64,000 nucleotides of DNA, taken from the NCBI RefSeq assembly GCF_009914755.1, contig NC_060930.1; one strand, given 5' to 3'. This document shows positions 16,358-31,118 of this stretch, piece by piece. The notes beneath the pieces are model-generated. The model was not told the DNA's origin. It made no database searches and saw only the letters and a list, made by a program, of their open reading frames with translations. This stretch comes from the human T2T-CHM13v2.0 reference genome, Homo sapiens. Made by a program: the position numbers and the translations under genes. Position 1 is the stretch's first letter; each line of letters starts with the position of its first letter.

Positions 16358-18193
16358 TATATTGAAAAGCATTTATGCCTTCACCATTTAGATTAAGGAC
16401 AAATACATCAACATATGTTAATAGCATAATAATGCTCAGGGTCTGTGAAAGTAAGTTCTGTTTCTTCTGATGATCTTAATAAGTCAAGATAAGATTGAGG
16501 AAGACGTTAAATATTATACAATTTTGTAAGTCATGAATGTGCTTAAGTTAAACAAGCTTGCCATTTAAAGAGGTAAACTAGTTATACATAGAAATATTAC
16601 CTACTCTTTATGCAAAACTTCACTTCTCGAGGGTGTCAAATCATTCTTTCCCTGGAATTTCTGAAGATTTACATATTTTATTTTTTAATTGTACTTTTCT
16701 GTTTTAAAGATGAGGAGCAACACTGTTGAAGATTTACTGCTTTTTTCCCTAAGATGTAATTGTGATTTATATGCAATCAGAGAGGTAGATACTTAAGAAT
16801 GGGGCCTTAGCTTTTGCATTCTAACTCCCATATGAACTTTTTTTATTGCCAGGGTTTTGTGAATTTTTTTTCCTTCCTATTTTGAACTGTTTTATTCTCT
16901 ATTGTTGTGCATTTTAGGATCTAGTTTTTTGGTTTTCATTTTTGCTTAATAAATACAGGTAGTTCTTAGTTCTTATGGCCAGTGTTTTTTTAAATTAGAA
17001 TGTTTCCTTAATAAATTCTTTGGTTTGGGGTTATTGGTTTGTATTAACTTGGACTCTCTAGGTTGCAAGTGACAAGATGTGGACTGACAGTTTAATAAGC
17101 TCATGAGGAGATACATTGGCTCCAGTAACAGAGAAGTCTTCCATGGGGAGAATGAGTGTCAAGTTTGTCCTTCAAACAGGACACTGTTTCTCTTTGTCAT
17201 TCTGTGCTACATTGACTTCGTTTTTCAGACAGACTTTCTCCACACCTCAGCCAGTTAGCCATTGACAGCAATACCAGAGAGAAGGAGCACTGTCCCCAAC
17301 TCCCATACCAAAGAGCTCTGAGAAAGAATTCTGATTATCCAGTTTCCAAAAGGAAGGGATGTGGGGCAGACAGAATAACAGATATGTACAACATAGGTCA
17401 GATAGAATGTGTATGGTCATACTCCTCTCTTTTCTCAGAAGAGGAGGTATGTGTTAAGAATGGATTATGCACATTGTGGGCAGATGTGTGCTTGCACACT
17501 TGGTATTCTAGTGTCTAGAGCATTGAATGGAGAGCTTTGAATCCACTAATGTTTATTTTACTGATAAGTAGATTAGTAGTTAATGGAACAGATACGTGAG
17601 ATTGATGTCTAGTAGCCATTCATGTCATCTGTAATACTTTTTGAAAGGAAGAGATTAGTTGTGGTTGACAATATATATTGAATATATAGTTTGGAGTTAT
17701 CCACTGACCAGGACTAGGTGGAAATTTAGCTCTTAGAAATAGTTGAAGAATGAGTTCTTGAAGTATAGCTAATAGTGGAAAATGCAGTATAGGAAAATGG
17801 ACCATTTCTTTCAAAGACCACATGGAAAATAGATGGCAGTTGGGGTTGAGGCCAGCACCTCTGTCTGTTTGGATACTGTTAGTGGTAGACAAGAGGGGTG
17901 AGAAGGGGAAAGTGAGAAAACAGGTGGAGGCAAAATGCAAGGATAGGAAAGAGAAAAGAGGGGTGCTGGGAGATGACGCCCAAAAGCTTTCAGTTTAATT
18001 GAAGCTTTAGCATCTCTAGGCTGAATGGTCAATATGTTTTTTTATTGACATGTTATACTTATTTGGAGATATGGTTATTAAATCCTTTTTTCTCCAAAAT
18101 TATTCTCAGTTCAGATTTCTAAGAAGCATCTGTTTAAGTCTTAATTCAGTGTTTTAGATAAACTTACAAGGTTTATAAACATTTTTCTGTGAA

Positions 18194-18572
18194 TGTCCTT
18201 GTCTGTTTTGTGCTTACAACAGGAGATCTACGACTGGGTAACTTATAAAGAACAGAATTTATTCCTCATAACTGTGGAGGCAGGCGGTTCAAGATCTAGG
18301 TGCTGGCAGGGTAGGTCCCGGCTCTGCTTCCAAGATGGCGCCTTGAGTGCTCCCTCCTCCAGGGGTAAGGGTGTTGTGTCCTGACACAGCAGACGGGTGA
18401 GCGAGAGTAAACCCACTCCCACGAGCCCTTTTTGTAGCAGTGTTGATCCCCTCTTGAGGACAAAGCCTCCGTGACCTAAACGCCCCCCATTTGCCGCACC
18501 TCCCAATACCACTGCCTTGGGGGTTCAGTTTCAACATGAGTTTTGGAGGGTCCAAACCCTCTAACCTTAGCA
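18194..18572 (-). mobile_element. MST/MLT1A-type MaLR solo LTR
   Basis: gactgggtaacttataaagaacagaatttatt...tttcaacatgagttttggaggg...accttagca. Confidence 0.8.
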
Positions 18573-18924
18573 GTGAGTAAGTGCTTAGTAATATTTAAGT
18601 GTGTGAGGCTGTTTCCATTTCTTTCTTTCTCACTTGTTTCACATTCTGCTTCACTACATTCTAAGTTTAGTAAACAAGAGGCTTAGGTATTCTATATTTG
18701 GAAACTAATTGGATTCAGCTGGATTTTTAAAAATTTCAGCAGGATTCTTGAGGACCAATAACACAACAGCAGGTTCCTCGTGCCCGTGAGTGTGGCTTTG
18801 CTTCTCCCAGGCTCCACTCTGAGGGCTCGCTTCCTTCCAGCCCGTCCCCTGCCCGCATTTCTGTCCTGTCTGTCCTCATGGCAGGAAGGATCCAGGTTGA
18901 TGCAATGTGTTTTTAAAAAACACC

Positions 18925-19228
18925 AGCCGGGCATGGTGGCTCACACCTGTAATCCCAGTATTTTGGGAGGCCGAGGCGGGCAGATCATGAGGTCAACAGA
19001 TCGAGACCATCCTGGCCAACGTGGTGAAACCTCGTCTCTACCAAAAATACAAAAATTAGCTGGGTGTGGTGGCGCATGCCTGTAATCCCAGCTACTCGGG
19101 AGGCTGAGGCAGGAGAATTGCTTGAATCCAGGAGGTGGAGGTTGCAGTGAGCTGAGACTTGCCACTGCACTTTAGCCTGGCGACAGAGAGAGACTCTGGC
19201 TCAAACAAAACAAAACAAAAACAAAAAC
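18925..19228 (+). mobile_element. Alu SINE (AluS-like), first of a head-to-tail pair
   Basis: Full Alu with (CAAAA)n tail. Confidence 0.9.
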
Positions 19229-19234
19229 TACCGC

Positions 19235-19583
<349 letters not shown>

Positions 19584-20474
19584 TCAGGAAAACACCTCAG
19601 CATGGCTGCTTTGTTCTTCATGACGCCCTGAGGGAGCCGTCCTGCTGGCCTGGGCGCCCTGCCATGATCTCCACTCGGGTCCCAGCCTCCAAGGATGGAG
19701 GTGGGGAGCTGCTGGGATGTCTTGACTCACAGGCTTTCCCACCGTTTGTTTCTTCCCAACAGTTTACTAGGAGAAATTTCAGACATGGAGAAAGGTTGGA
19801 ATTGAATACCATAGATCCACCATCTAGATTCAGTACCTGCTTTGTCACATATTCGTCCATCAGTCCATCTTACTATTTTTTATGTATTTCAAGATAGCAT
19901 TTTGGCTTTTTTTTCTTAGTCTGTTATCACTAAATATGAACCTTTATTCTCATTAAAATAATTTCAGGCATCATTAAGCAAATACATAGAAAGGGCAATG
20001 GCCAACAAAAGGGCCTTTCAAGTTCTTGCCATATGGTGGGTGTTCAGTAAATATTGTTAAATTAGTGCACTTGCATTAGCCGTTAGACTAGCCCTGTCGC
20101 TAAACTTGAATTTGCCTTTGAGGACAAACAATTACTTTTAAACCATATGTTTCCTAGGCGCATGTGATCCCCAGTTTATAGGATGGACTTGAGGAAGATA
20201 GTCTGTGAAAGACAATCACTTAGAATTTGAAAAGGATTTAAATTATGTATTATATATTATAAAGGTATATATAAAACATTTTAAACACATACCTTGTTTT
20301 TACCACGGTGATTCTCTCTTGGGATACATGCACAGCAGTGTTCCAAGGAGTCAGTGTTTCTGGACCCTGTCTCAAGGATCCTCTTGAGGAAGAGCCTGCA
20401 AGAGCAGTCCCTCCTTACTCCAGCCAGAATAGCTTTGTCCTAGTCTGTCTTATATGAAATAAAAATTTCATTTA

Positions 20475-20804
<330 letters not shown>

Positions 20805-21119
20805 TTAGGTAACTCGACCAGCACACACTGCCCTATGTAAGTCTTGGTATGGTGGAAGAGTACCCAAATCTTAAATTTCTGAGTTAATGTGGCTAAAGAT
20901 GCTGCATTATCATTCTTATTAGATAAGGAGCAGTGAACATTTTAATAGCAAGCGATTCTTCTAAAGATGTGTGAATCTTAGATGTGTGTGCGTGTGTGTA
21001 TGTCTCTGTCTTCAGTTTCTGAGAGTCAGTGTTCCCAGAATGAACAGTTTGTGTATTTCCACTTCTTACCTCCTAAGAGAAAGAAGATAGTCTGTTGTTG
21101 TTGTTAATGAAATAGGTGT

Positions 21120-21428
21120 TTGTTTGTTTGTTTTTTTAAGAGACTGCAGGGTCTCACTGTCGTGCAGGCTGGAGTGCAGTGGCATGATCCTGGCTTACTG
21201 TAACTTTGACCTCCTGGGCTCAAGCAATCCTCCCGCCTCAGTTTTTTCAGTAGCTGGTACTACAGGTGCTGGCTACAATGCCCAGCTAATTTTTCTTTAA
21301 TTTTTTGGTAGAGATGGAATCTCGCTTTGTTGCTCAGGCTGGTCTCGAACCCCTGGCCTCAAGCAATCCTCCTGCTATTTAGTCTCCCAAGTAGCAGGGA
21401 TTGCAGGTGTGAGCTGCTGCACTCAACC
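21120..21428 (-). mobile_element. Alu SINE (AluJ-like), antisense, ~290 nt upstream of exon 2
   Basis: Diverged Alu consensus in reverse. Confidence 0.85.
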
Positions 21429-21720
21429 AAAATAGGTATATTTCGAGTAACTTTTTTAGGGCTGATCTCTAAATGCAATGTGGGCAGCTGCCAGAAACCT
21501 TCCCTGCCTCCGGAACAGAACAGGGCTATCACCGTTGGTGTTATTCTTCCTCAGAGTAGAGCAGATGAGTCATTTTGGTAATGTCTTCCTTTCTTCCAAA
21601 ACAGCCACAGCCACTATCATGTTTGTACCAGCATGCTTAGAAAGTGAACTGTACACCTTTTGTGTTTTTACTACTCTGTTTGTGTTTGTAACATCCTCTT
21701 TTCCTCTCCACTCCTGATAG

Positions 21721-21919
<199 letters not shown>

Positions 21920-23952
21920 GATTTTATTTTTTTGTAAGTTAATCATTCAAACCCACATGATTTTTTTCCTGTTGCTTATGAAATATTGATGGTGAAGTAA
22001 GAAGCTGTTATATAAATACAGGAAAAAAGTTCCCTAAAGACAGTTATGTATGTAATTGAGTTTATTATGTCTGCTTATTTTGTATCTTCTTCGATATGTT
22101 TATTTTACAATTTTTTAAATTACTTACAACCTTTTAGGTACCCCATAGTTGTCCTGGAACATGGTTCAGTGTGTTTACCCCTAGCATGATAATACTGTAT
22201 CTCTAGAATAAGTAAAAGATGATGGTGATTTTCCTAAATGTCTTAACTGATTGATCCTATCATCATTTTTCTAAGCTCTTTTCCTAAATCAGATTAGGTT
22301 GCCAGAAAGCAATATACTTAGACCAGCTCCAGTGGAGTTAGCTCAGCTCCCAGTGGAGTTCTCTTTGCTGAATTACAAGTTATTGCCTCAGCTTTTATTC
22401 AAACAAGAAGCAACTCTATGTATAAAAAGCATTTCTGCATCTTTACCAAACCCTGTTTGAAATTGTGTACATATACATACACACATGCATCTTCAGGTAC
22501 ACTCATATGTATACATATGTACACATAGATACACTCATCTTCAGATGTGTGTCTCTGCTTATATAACTGGGTTTATTATGCCCTCCCAGAGAAGCATCTA
22601 TGTGATCTCTTATCTCAGGTTCTTTCTCCTGGAGATTGGGTACATTTTGTTTCATAAAGTCAAATCTTTGTAGACTATTGGATTTCTCTTATGGTCTGTG
22701 TTGTCAGGAAGCTTAGAGGCAAACATAATATTCATTTGTGTCCAATCTTCTTTGCCCAAGATTCTGTTACAGTTTTTTCCATTATTTCTGTGTGATACTT
22801 GTCTCATTACATTTAATTGTCCTTTTTACATGTAACTTTATTGTAACTGTTCTTAAAATATGTAGCAAAATTGTGAGATGAACATCATTTGAAATAATGT
22901 AACAAAAATTGTATCAATTAATAGTATTTCATTGCAGGCTCATATAGATGGAGAAGGAACAAAAGCAGATAGGGAGAATTTGTCTTTGTAAACTGAGTAA
23001 AACTTGAACCCATCGTTACCTGCTTTCTTCACCTGGCTGATTTCGTGACACTGCCCTGTGCATGCCTGTCCTTGGTCCACGCCTCCGCCTCTGGGCCCCA
23101 CACTGCAACGTGTCTCTTCTGTGTCCTCTCCCTCGTGACCGTCACTCATACTTAATGTGTGTGCAGTCTTGGGAGAGGTACCCTGGAGATACAAAGACAG
23201 GAAACCTGGCCCTTGCCCTGTGCTCCTTGTTTTCCAGAGAGGTCTGCATGCCAGTGTTTCTTACTGAATGTTTCCAGAAGGGAACTTGTTGTGTCTGTGC
23301 TGTAGAACACGTTGGATCCCACACACCTCTCCCCGGCCTCACTGGCTGTCCTCTTGTGTCCCTCCCCTCTCTGCCTCACGAGTGTTGGGGTTCCCACGTC
23401 ATTCCACCTTCAGCCCATTTCTTTACACTATGCGGTCTCAGATTTTTGTATTGCCGTCTCTGTGGTGATGACTTTAAACCTGTATCTGCAGCTTCCTCCT
23501 GTGGCTCCAGCCTCAGAGGAGGCCAGACACCTTCACCTAGTTTTTTCACAAGCACTTCACACTGACCACGTCCAGACTCAGCTCATCACCCATGTGATGC
23601 TCAGCCTACTCCTACTTCTCTGTATTTCTCTGTATTTCTGTTGCGGCGCCTTTCCATTCAGTGAACCAAGGCCCCCAAGGCTAAGTCACTTAAAGCCATT
23701 GGTTTCTCTCCCTAGAGTTTTACTCTGTCCAGCCTCTTCTCTCCACCCTGCGCTTCCTGCCAGCGCCCTGAGCTAAGCTCTCATCCTCTTGCCTGGACCA
23801 TGCACCTTCCTCACTGGCCTTACCTCAAGCCCAGGGTCTGTCTAAACGGCCAGTGTGGCCAGGTCACTCCTCGCTGGCAGCATTTTCTGTCAGCTGTAGG
23901 TCTGTGAGACACCCCACCATGGGCCCCATCAGACCTCGCCAGCCTTTCCCTG

Positions 23953-25122
23953 TGCACGTGCACAGGCACACACACGTGCACCCATGTACGTACTCTCACG
24001 CACTCTCTCACATTATGCATACCCCCACACACTCGCACACACCCTTATGCGTGCACATGCACACACATGCGCACACACCTCGCACCCTCATACACCTCTC
24101 ATGCTCTCATACACTTTACATACTCTTTCACGTGTGCACTCTTACACACACGTACCTTCTCACTCTCACCTCTCATGCACACCCACAGTCGCATGCTCAC
24201 ACACATAGGCAGCACTCACACGTGTGAGCACGCACACACACCCTCTTCACTCTCACTTGCCCTCATCCGCACTCATGCTGTCACACATACACCTGCACTC
24301 ACACATGTGAGCACACACACCCCTCACTCACCTGCTCTCATGCACACCCACACTCATGCTCTCACACATACACATATGCACTCACACATGCAAGCACACA
24401 CATCCCCTCAGACACTCTCACCTGCTCTCTCACATCCCCACGCTCATGCTCTCACATATGCACTCACGTGTGAGCACGCACACACACCTACTCTCTCACC
24501 TGCGCTCACACTCACACTCATGCTCTCACACATGCAGCACTCACCCGTGTGAGTGCATGTACCCCTCAGACACTGTCACCTGCTCTCACACACGCACACT
24601 CACATGCTGTCACACAGATGCAGCACTCACCCGTGCAAGCACATACACCCTGCAGATAGTCTCACCTGCTCTCACACATACATGCACTCACCTGTGCAAG
24701 CACGCACACCCCTCAGACACTCTCACCTGCTCTCACACATATATGCACTCACCCGTGCAAGCACACACACCCCTCAGACACTCTCACCTGCCCTCACACA
24801 TACCCACACTCTCCTGCTCTCACACAGATGCAGCACTCACCTGTGCAAGCACATACACCCTGCAGATAGTCTCACCTGCTCTCATACATACATGCACTCA
24901 CCTGTGCAAGCATGCACACCCCTCAGACACTCACCTGCTCTCACACATATATGCACTCACCCGTGCAAGCACACACACCCCTCAGACACTCTCACCTGCT
25001 CTCACACATACCCACACTCTCCTGCTCTCACACAGATGCAGCACTCACCCGTGCAAGCACGCACACACCCCTCAGACACACTCACCTGCTGTCATGCACA
25101 CGCACACTCGCATGCTCACACA
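23953..25122 (+). repeat. CA-rich complex minisatellite with a ~210-bp higher-order unit
   Basis: cacacagatgcagcactcac recurs at 24611, 24821 and 25029; subunits ctcacctgctctcacaca and gtgcaagcac. Confidence 0.92.
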
Positions 25123-25268
25123 GAGCTCCTGTGGAAGGAGAGAGTGAGAACTGTGGCAGTGCCAAGATCGAGGAGGGAGAATGAGGAACGGCAGAAGTGA
25201 TGGTAGTTTTTGAATAGTGAGCATATTTAGAAAACGTACTTTATATGTCTTGGATCGAAAAAAGAATC

Positions 25269-25608
<340 letters not shown>

Positions 25609-25616
25609 CTAGGTGT

Positions 25617-25853
25617 GCATGTTCTCATTCATAGGTGGGAATTGAACAATGAGAACACTTGGACACAGGGCGGGGAACGTCGCACACCAGGGCCTGTCGT
25701 CGGGTGGGAGGAGGGGGGAGGGATAGCATTAGGAGAAATACCTAATGTAAATGACAAGTTAATGGGTGCAGCACACCAACATGGCACATGTATACCTATG
25801 TAACAAACCTGCACGTTGTGCACATGTACCCTAGAACTTAAAGTATAATAATA
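25617..25853 (+). mobile_element. 5'-truncated L1PA 3' end (~240 bp)
   Basis: gcatgttctca...ataggtgggaattgaacaatgagaacac...ccctagaacttaaagtataataat; probable TSD atgctag(g/a)tgtg. Confidence 0.92.
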
Positions 25854-25945
25854 ATTTTTAAAAATTTTTAAAAATGCTAGATGTGTATAAGTTAAATAGA
25901 TTCAGTTTTAATCATAGCAGAGATTAAAGATTCTTCAGTCTTACC

Positions 25946-26110
25946 TTTTTTTTTTTTTTTTTGCAGACAGGCTCTCACCCTGTCACCCAGGCTGGAGTGA
26001 GGTGGTGTGATCTTGGCTCACTGTAACCTCTGCCTTCTGGGTTTAAGCAATTCTCATGCCCCAGCCTCCCGAGTAGCTGGGATTACAGGTGTGAGCCACT
26101 GTACCCAGCC
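25946..26110 (-). mobile_element. Alu monomer or internally deleted Alu, antisense
   Basis: T17 tract, then right-arm sequence joined directly to ...gggattacaggtgtgagccactgtacccagcc. Confidence 0.88.
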
Positions 26111-26544
26111 TCATCTAATTTCTTTATTGAAGTATTTAATTTTTCTTGGTAAAATAGCAACTTGTCCTCAAGTTGCTATTGTGGTCAGAAAGTGACAAAA
26201 GTTGTGGCTTAAAGTGATTTTTTAAGAGAATGTGATTATTCAGATTCAGATTATTAACTAATTAGGGCATTATTTTAAAACTGTAAAAACTCTTACTATG
26301 TTAAGATGAGAAAGTGGGACCTGCCCCTTAACATTGTTAATAATTAATAATAATATCAACATTAATAGTTTAATATTTAGATAAAGTTTCTTCCAAGGAT
26401 AGCAACTTCTATTCTGAATAAAAGTTACAATTTTTCCTTTGATCATAGATTGAAATGGCAATACTGGGATATAGAGTTCTACTTTATTACTTAGTTTATT
26501 AATATTATTTATCCAGAAGAACTGAGGAACCATGGATCAGTTCA

Positions 26545-26990
26545 CTTTTTCTGCATAACAATCCTAAAACTTACTAGTTTAACCCAGTAACCATTTGTTA
26601 CTGCTTAGGAATCTACAAGTCAGCTTGATGGTTCTCCTGAGCTGCACTGCGTGTGTCTGCAATCACTGGACCCTGCTGGGGACTGACTGGTCTAAGGTAG
26701 CCTCACTCATGAGTCTGCCAGTTCTCTGGGTTGGCTGGCTTTGAATGGGGCAACAGGGAGACTGGGTCTCTGTCATCATCTAGCAACCCACATTAATTCG
26801 TATAGCGACTTGGGTGCCAGAAGAGTCAGCTGAAGTGTGCAGAAGCCCTTGAGGCAAGATTCTGGATTCCCTGGAGGATTTCCACTTGATTCTGTTGACC
26901 AGCGAGGTGGCAGAGGGCAGATTCCAGGCCTGGGATGCGCATCCCACCGCTTCACATTCAGAGCTGCAAGCCACTTTTATTATCTGCCGC
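26545..26990. mobile_element. Old MLT-type LTR remnant
   Basis: ctgcataacaatcctaaaactta...ctggtctaaggtagcctcactcat...; subfamily uncertain. Confidence 0.5.
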
Positions 26991-27270
26991 AGACCAGTAC
27001 ACAGACAAGATGAGGGTCATCTAATCATCAGCTGTTTTCAATCTTTGATCACTTATTATTGAAGTTTGATTTTTCTTGTTTTTAGGTTACATCATTTTCT
27101 GAAGTAAAGAGAAGGCTTAAGAATTTAAGATTTTGAACGGTGTTCTCTAGGAATGAAAAGCTTAATGTTAATTGCTTTTTTTATGTATAACAATTCCTCC
27201 ACACAAAATTTCTCCAGGAAATCTCAACTGTAATCTTTTTCTTTTTTTTTTTTTTTTGGTGACTTATTAG

Positions 27271-27456
<186 letters not shown>

Positions 27457-27638
27457 TAAATATAATAAATGTTAACTATATAAAATATGGAAACTACATT
27501 GAAATAGAACTAAGAAAAATATTACCTGTAGACCCAAGCTTCAAAGAATGACTACAAATATTTAGGTTAAGTTTCTTCCAGGGATAGCAACTTTTAATTG
27601 GTCTGAATAAAAGTTAGTATTTTTCCTTTGCTAATATT

Positions 27639-27833
27639 ATCTATATTATAAATATATATTATAAATTGTATAAATTCAATAAGATATATGAAATTATATC
27701 TCAATATATGTTAATATATACATTTTAAATATATATTTATATTTTTATAAGCAAAATATAAATTTTATAAAATGTATTATAAATTATATAAATTATAAAT
27801 ATAGATATATATTTATAATATGACACATATAAC
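27639..27833. repeat. AT-rich low-complexity tract flanked by a 22-bp direct repeat
   Basis: Nearly pure A/T sequence; flanks gtatttttcctttgct(a/g)atatt at 27617-27638 and 27834-27855. Confidence 0.9.
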
Positions 27834-28669
27834 GTATTTTTCCTTTGCTGATATTGCTGCCATCTATAATATTGTTTATTGTACAATAGACTCACAGTTT
27901 AAATAGATTTTTTTAAGTGCATATCTCAGTTCCTTCTCCCATTCCCATAGACAGAGGGGTGTCTTGGGGGAGCTGCTGTGGGGATCTCCTGGGTAGAGCT
28001 GTTAGGATGGGTACCCAGGAGAGCAACACAGCAGCCTGGGCTGGTCCTGCCTGGGACACCCCCAAGCTGAGCCAACCACCTGGCGCCCCCTGCTGGTTGT
28101 CTTTCGGTCCCTCCAAACCGAGCGAAGGTTCTTGGTAAGCTTGTCTTTCATGTTGGGTGACAGAAAGAAGCGAAGGTTTCCTGATGCCCTGTGAGTACAA
28201 CTGGAGCTAGATCAAGAATAAAGGTACCTTTGGTTCACCTCCAGGAGAAAAGAATTCCCCCCAGAGGATGTTTACCTGGGACCTGTCTGCAGAGTGAGAT
28301 CTAAGGCCGTCCTTCTGTTGTTGATAGACAGTGAGGGTGGGGAGTCATGACCCCTCAGAGAATCCGATGCAATCTCTAGGCTTTCCCTCAGAAACGTGTG
28401 CCCATGCACACACCACAGCCTTTTCCATACAACTGCAACCCCCTATTCACAGGCCCCTGGCCTCACTCCGTAGGTCTTATGTTGAAGTCTTGTTTTACTT
28501 GTATGCACTTTGCATCCAGGAGCCCACAAATTGACAAGATTGAGAAAAATCTGAGAATTTAAGTTGATATTGGCAGTAATTGGATTTTCTAGGATTCTGC
28601 TTATATAAAGGAATAGTGATTACAGATATTCTTGGGTTTGCTTACCTTTAAGAATATAAAACCCCCTCT

Positions 28670-29118
28670 ATTAGAAATAGATCCTGCAGGCAGAAAATCA
28701 GTAAGGACGTGGTTGAACTCAGCACCATCAATAAATTGATGTCCACTTAGGGACATCTATAGACTGCTTCATCAAACCACAGCAGCATACACATTCTTTT
28801 CAAGCTTACATGGAACATTCTCCAAGACAGACCACATATTCTGAGCCATAAAACATACCTCAACATGTTTGAAAGAAATCATACAGTGTCTGCCCTGAGA
28901 CCACAATGGAATCACACTAGAAATCAAAACAGAAAGATAGATGGAAAATCTGTAAATACTTAGAGATTGAACAATCCACTTCTAAATAATGCATGGATCA
29001 AAGAAGAAATCTCGAGAAATTAAAAAATAGTTTGAACTAAATAAAAATGAAAATACAACCCATTAAAATATGAGTATGCGGCAAAAGCAGTGCTTACAGA
29101 GAAATTTGTAGCATTGAA
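28670..29118 (+). mobile_element. L1 ORF2 (endonuclease-region) fragment
   Basis: cagaaaatcagtaaggac...catacacattcttttcaagc.tacatggaacattctccaagacagaccaca matches recalled L1 ORF2 5' part. Confidence 0.85.
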
Positions 29119-29179
29119 GAATATAAACCCTTTTTGACAATTCTTGCTTGCCCTCGAAGACTCCCTGAAGTGACCGTAA

Positions 29180-29410
<231 letters not shown>

Positions 29411-30027
29411 TGATGCATTATAGCTATTGCCATTCCCCAAAAGCAAAAACAAAGTCGCTTTTAGGTTGTTCTGTGGCATTTCTGTTGGGTACTAACAAAG
29501 AAATCACCTGTTAAGCCTGATAATGACTGTTTGCAAAATTTATTATAAGAGAAAAGGCAGGGTATTAATTGAGGGTTGCTTTTAGAAGTCTGTCATGATA
29601 TGAACACAGACCCCAGAAACTGCAAATACCCTCTTAGATAAAGGCATGGAAAGAAGAGGAAGAAGAGGAGGCTCTTGTTGTTGAGGAGGTCAGTGTCAGA
29701 GCCTCGGCCTGGATCAGGAAATAGATGCCCTGGCCCTGGCATGTTGCTTACACTCTCAGAGCTAGAGGCCCTCATCCTGCGAGTAGAAGCAGTGCCTGTG
29801 AAAGTCTACCAGATCCAGGCACTCAGCACTTGGTACTCTTATTGTATTGCTTCCAGGAAACTTAGAATAGTGGGATAACTTGAGAAGAATACAAGGAAAT
29901 TTTACATTAATTTTAATTAAAATTTGACTAGTTTAGGTGAATTTGTCTAGTTCATTTATTGCCAAATGATGACACAGAGTAAGTGACAAGAAGAAAATTG
30001 AGAAGACAGGTATCAAAATATTGTTGC

Positions 30028-30175
30028 TGCTGGGCACAGTAGCTCACGCCTGTAATCCCAGCACTTTGGGAGGCCAAGGCAGGTGGATTGCTTGAGTGCT
30101 GGAGTTCGAGACAAGCCTGGGCAACACGATGAAACCCCATCTCCACACGTTAAAAAAAAAGTTAAAAAAAAAGAA
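30028..30175 (+). mobile_element. Alu left monomer (FLAM-like)
   Basis: Left arm only plus A tail; TSD aaaatattgtt. Confidence 0.85.
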
Positions 30176-30305
30176 TTAAAATATTGTTAACTGCTTACAT
30201 CTTTAGAAATGAATGGGCTTTAGGAGATGTTATTTCTTGATTTTTTTTTTTAACTACATAAAAGGTTTTAAATTCTATCAGGCCTGATGATAATCATATC
30301 ACTTA

Positions 30306-30625
<320 letters not shown>

Positions 30626-30897
30626 ATATCTGTCAATTGACCTTCCAAGTGAGTTTATATAAGTTTATCACCATATACTAACTGCAGGTTTTATACATTT
30701 CAAAACAGCTTTTTGTAGACATTCTGAATTACAAATTAGACTCAGATATTTAAAATTTGCAGGCAAGGTGATTGATCACTGTAATTGAAGAATTCTCTTC
30801 TGTATTTTATTATTCTATACTACTTGAGAACATTGGCCAGGTAAGGGTTACTCACTGTGAAACGTGAATAGTAGTTATACCTCACTGGAAGTTTTCC

Positions 30898-31118
30898 CAG
30901 GGGTTCTCAACCTGAGCCTCATTGCCGTTTGAGGCCCCGCGCCCTTTCCTAGTGGGGCGGGCCCATCCTGGGCACTGCAGGATATTGAGCAGCCTTCCTA
31001 GCTTCTACCTACCAGGTGCCAGTCACATGCACGCCACCTCAGTTGTGACAACCAAAAATGTCTCCAGATATAGCCAAGTGTTGCCTAGGAGCAAAGCCAA
31101 GCCAGTTGAGATTCACTG
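30898..31118. mobile_element. MER20 hAT-Charlie DNA transposon
   Basis: cagggggttctcaacc-like start ... cagttgtgacaaccaaaaatgtctccaga ... gttgagattcactg with inverted termini. Confidence 0.85.

Noticed and set aside
23853-25200. Long His/Thr/Ser-rich ORFs (up to 263 aa) in several frames
   Set aside because: A by-product of the CA-rich minisatellite, which lacks stop codons on the + strand; no splice or promoter support.
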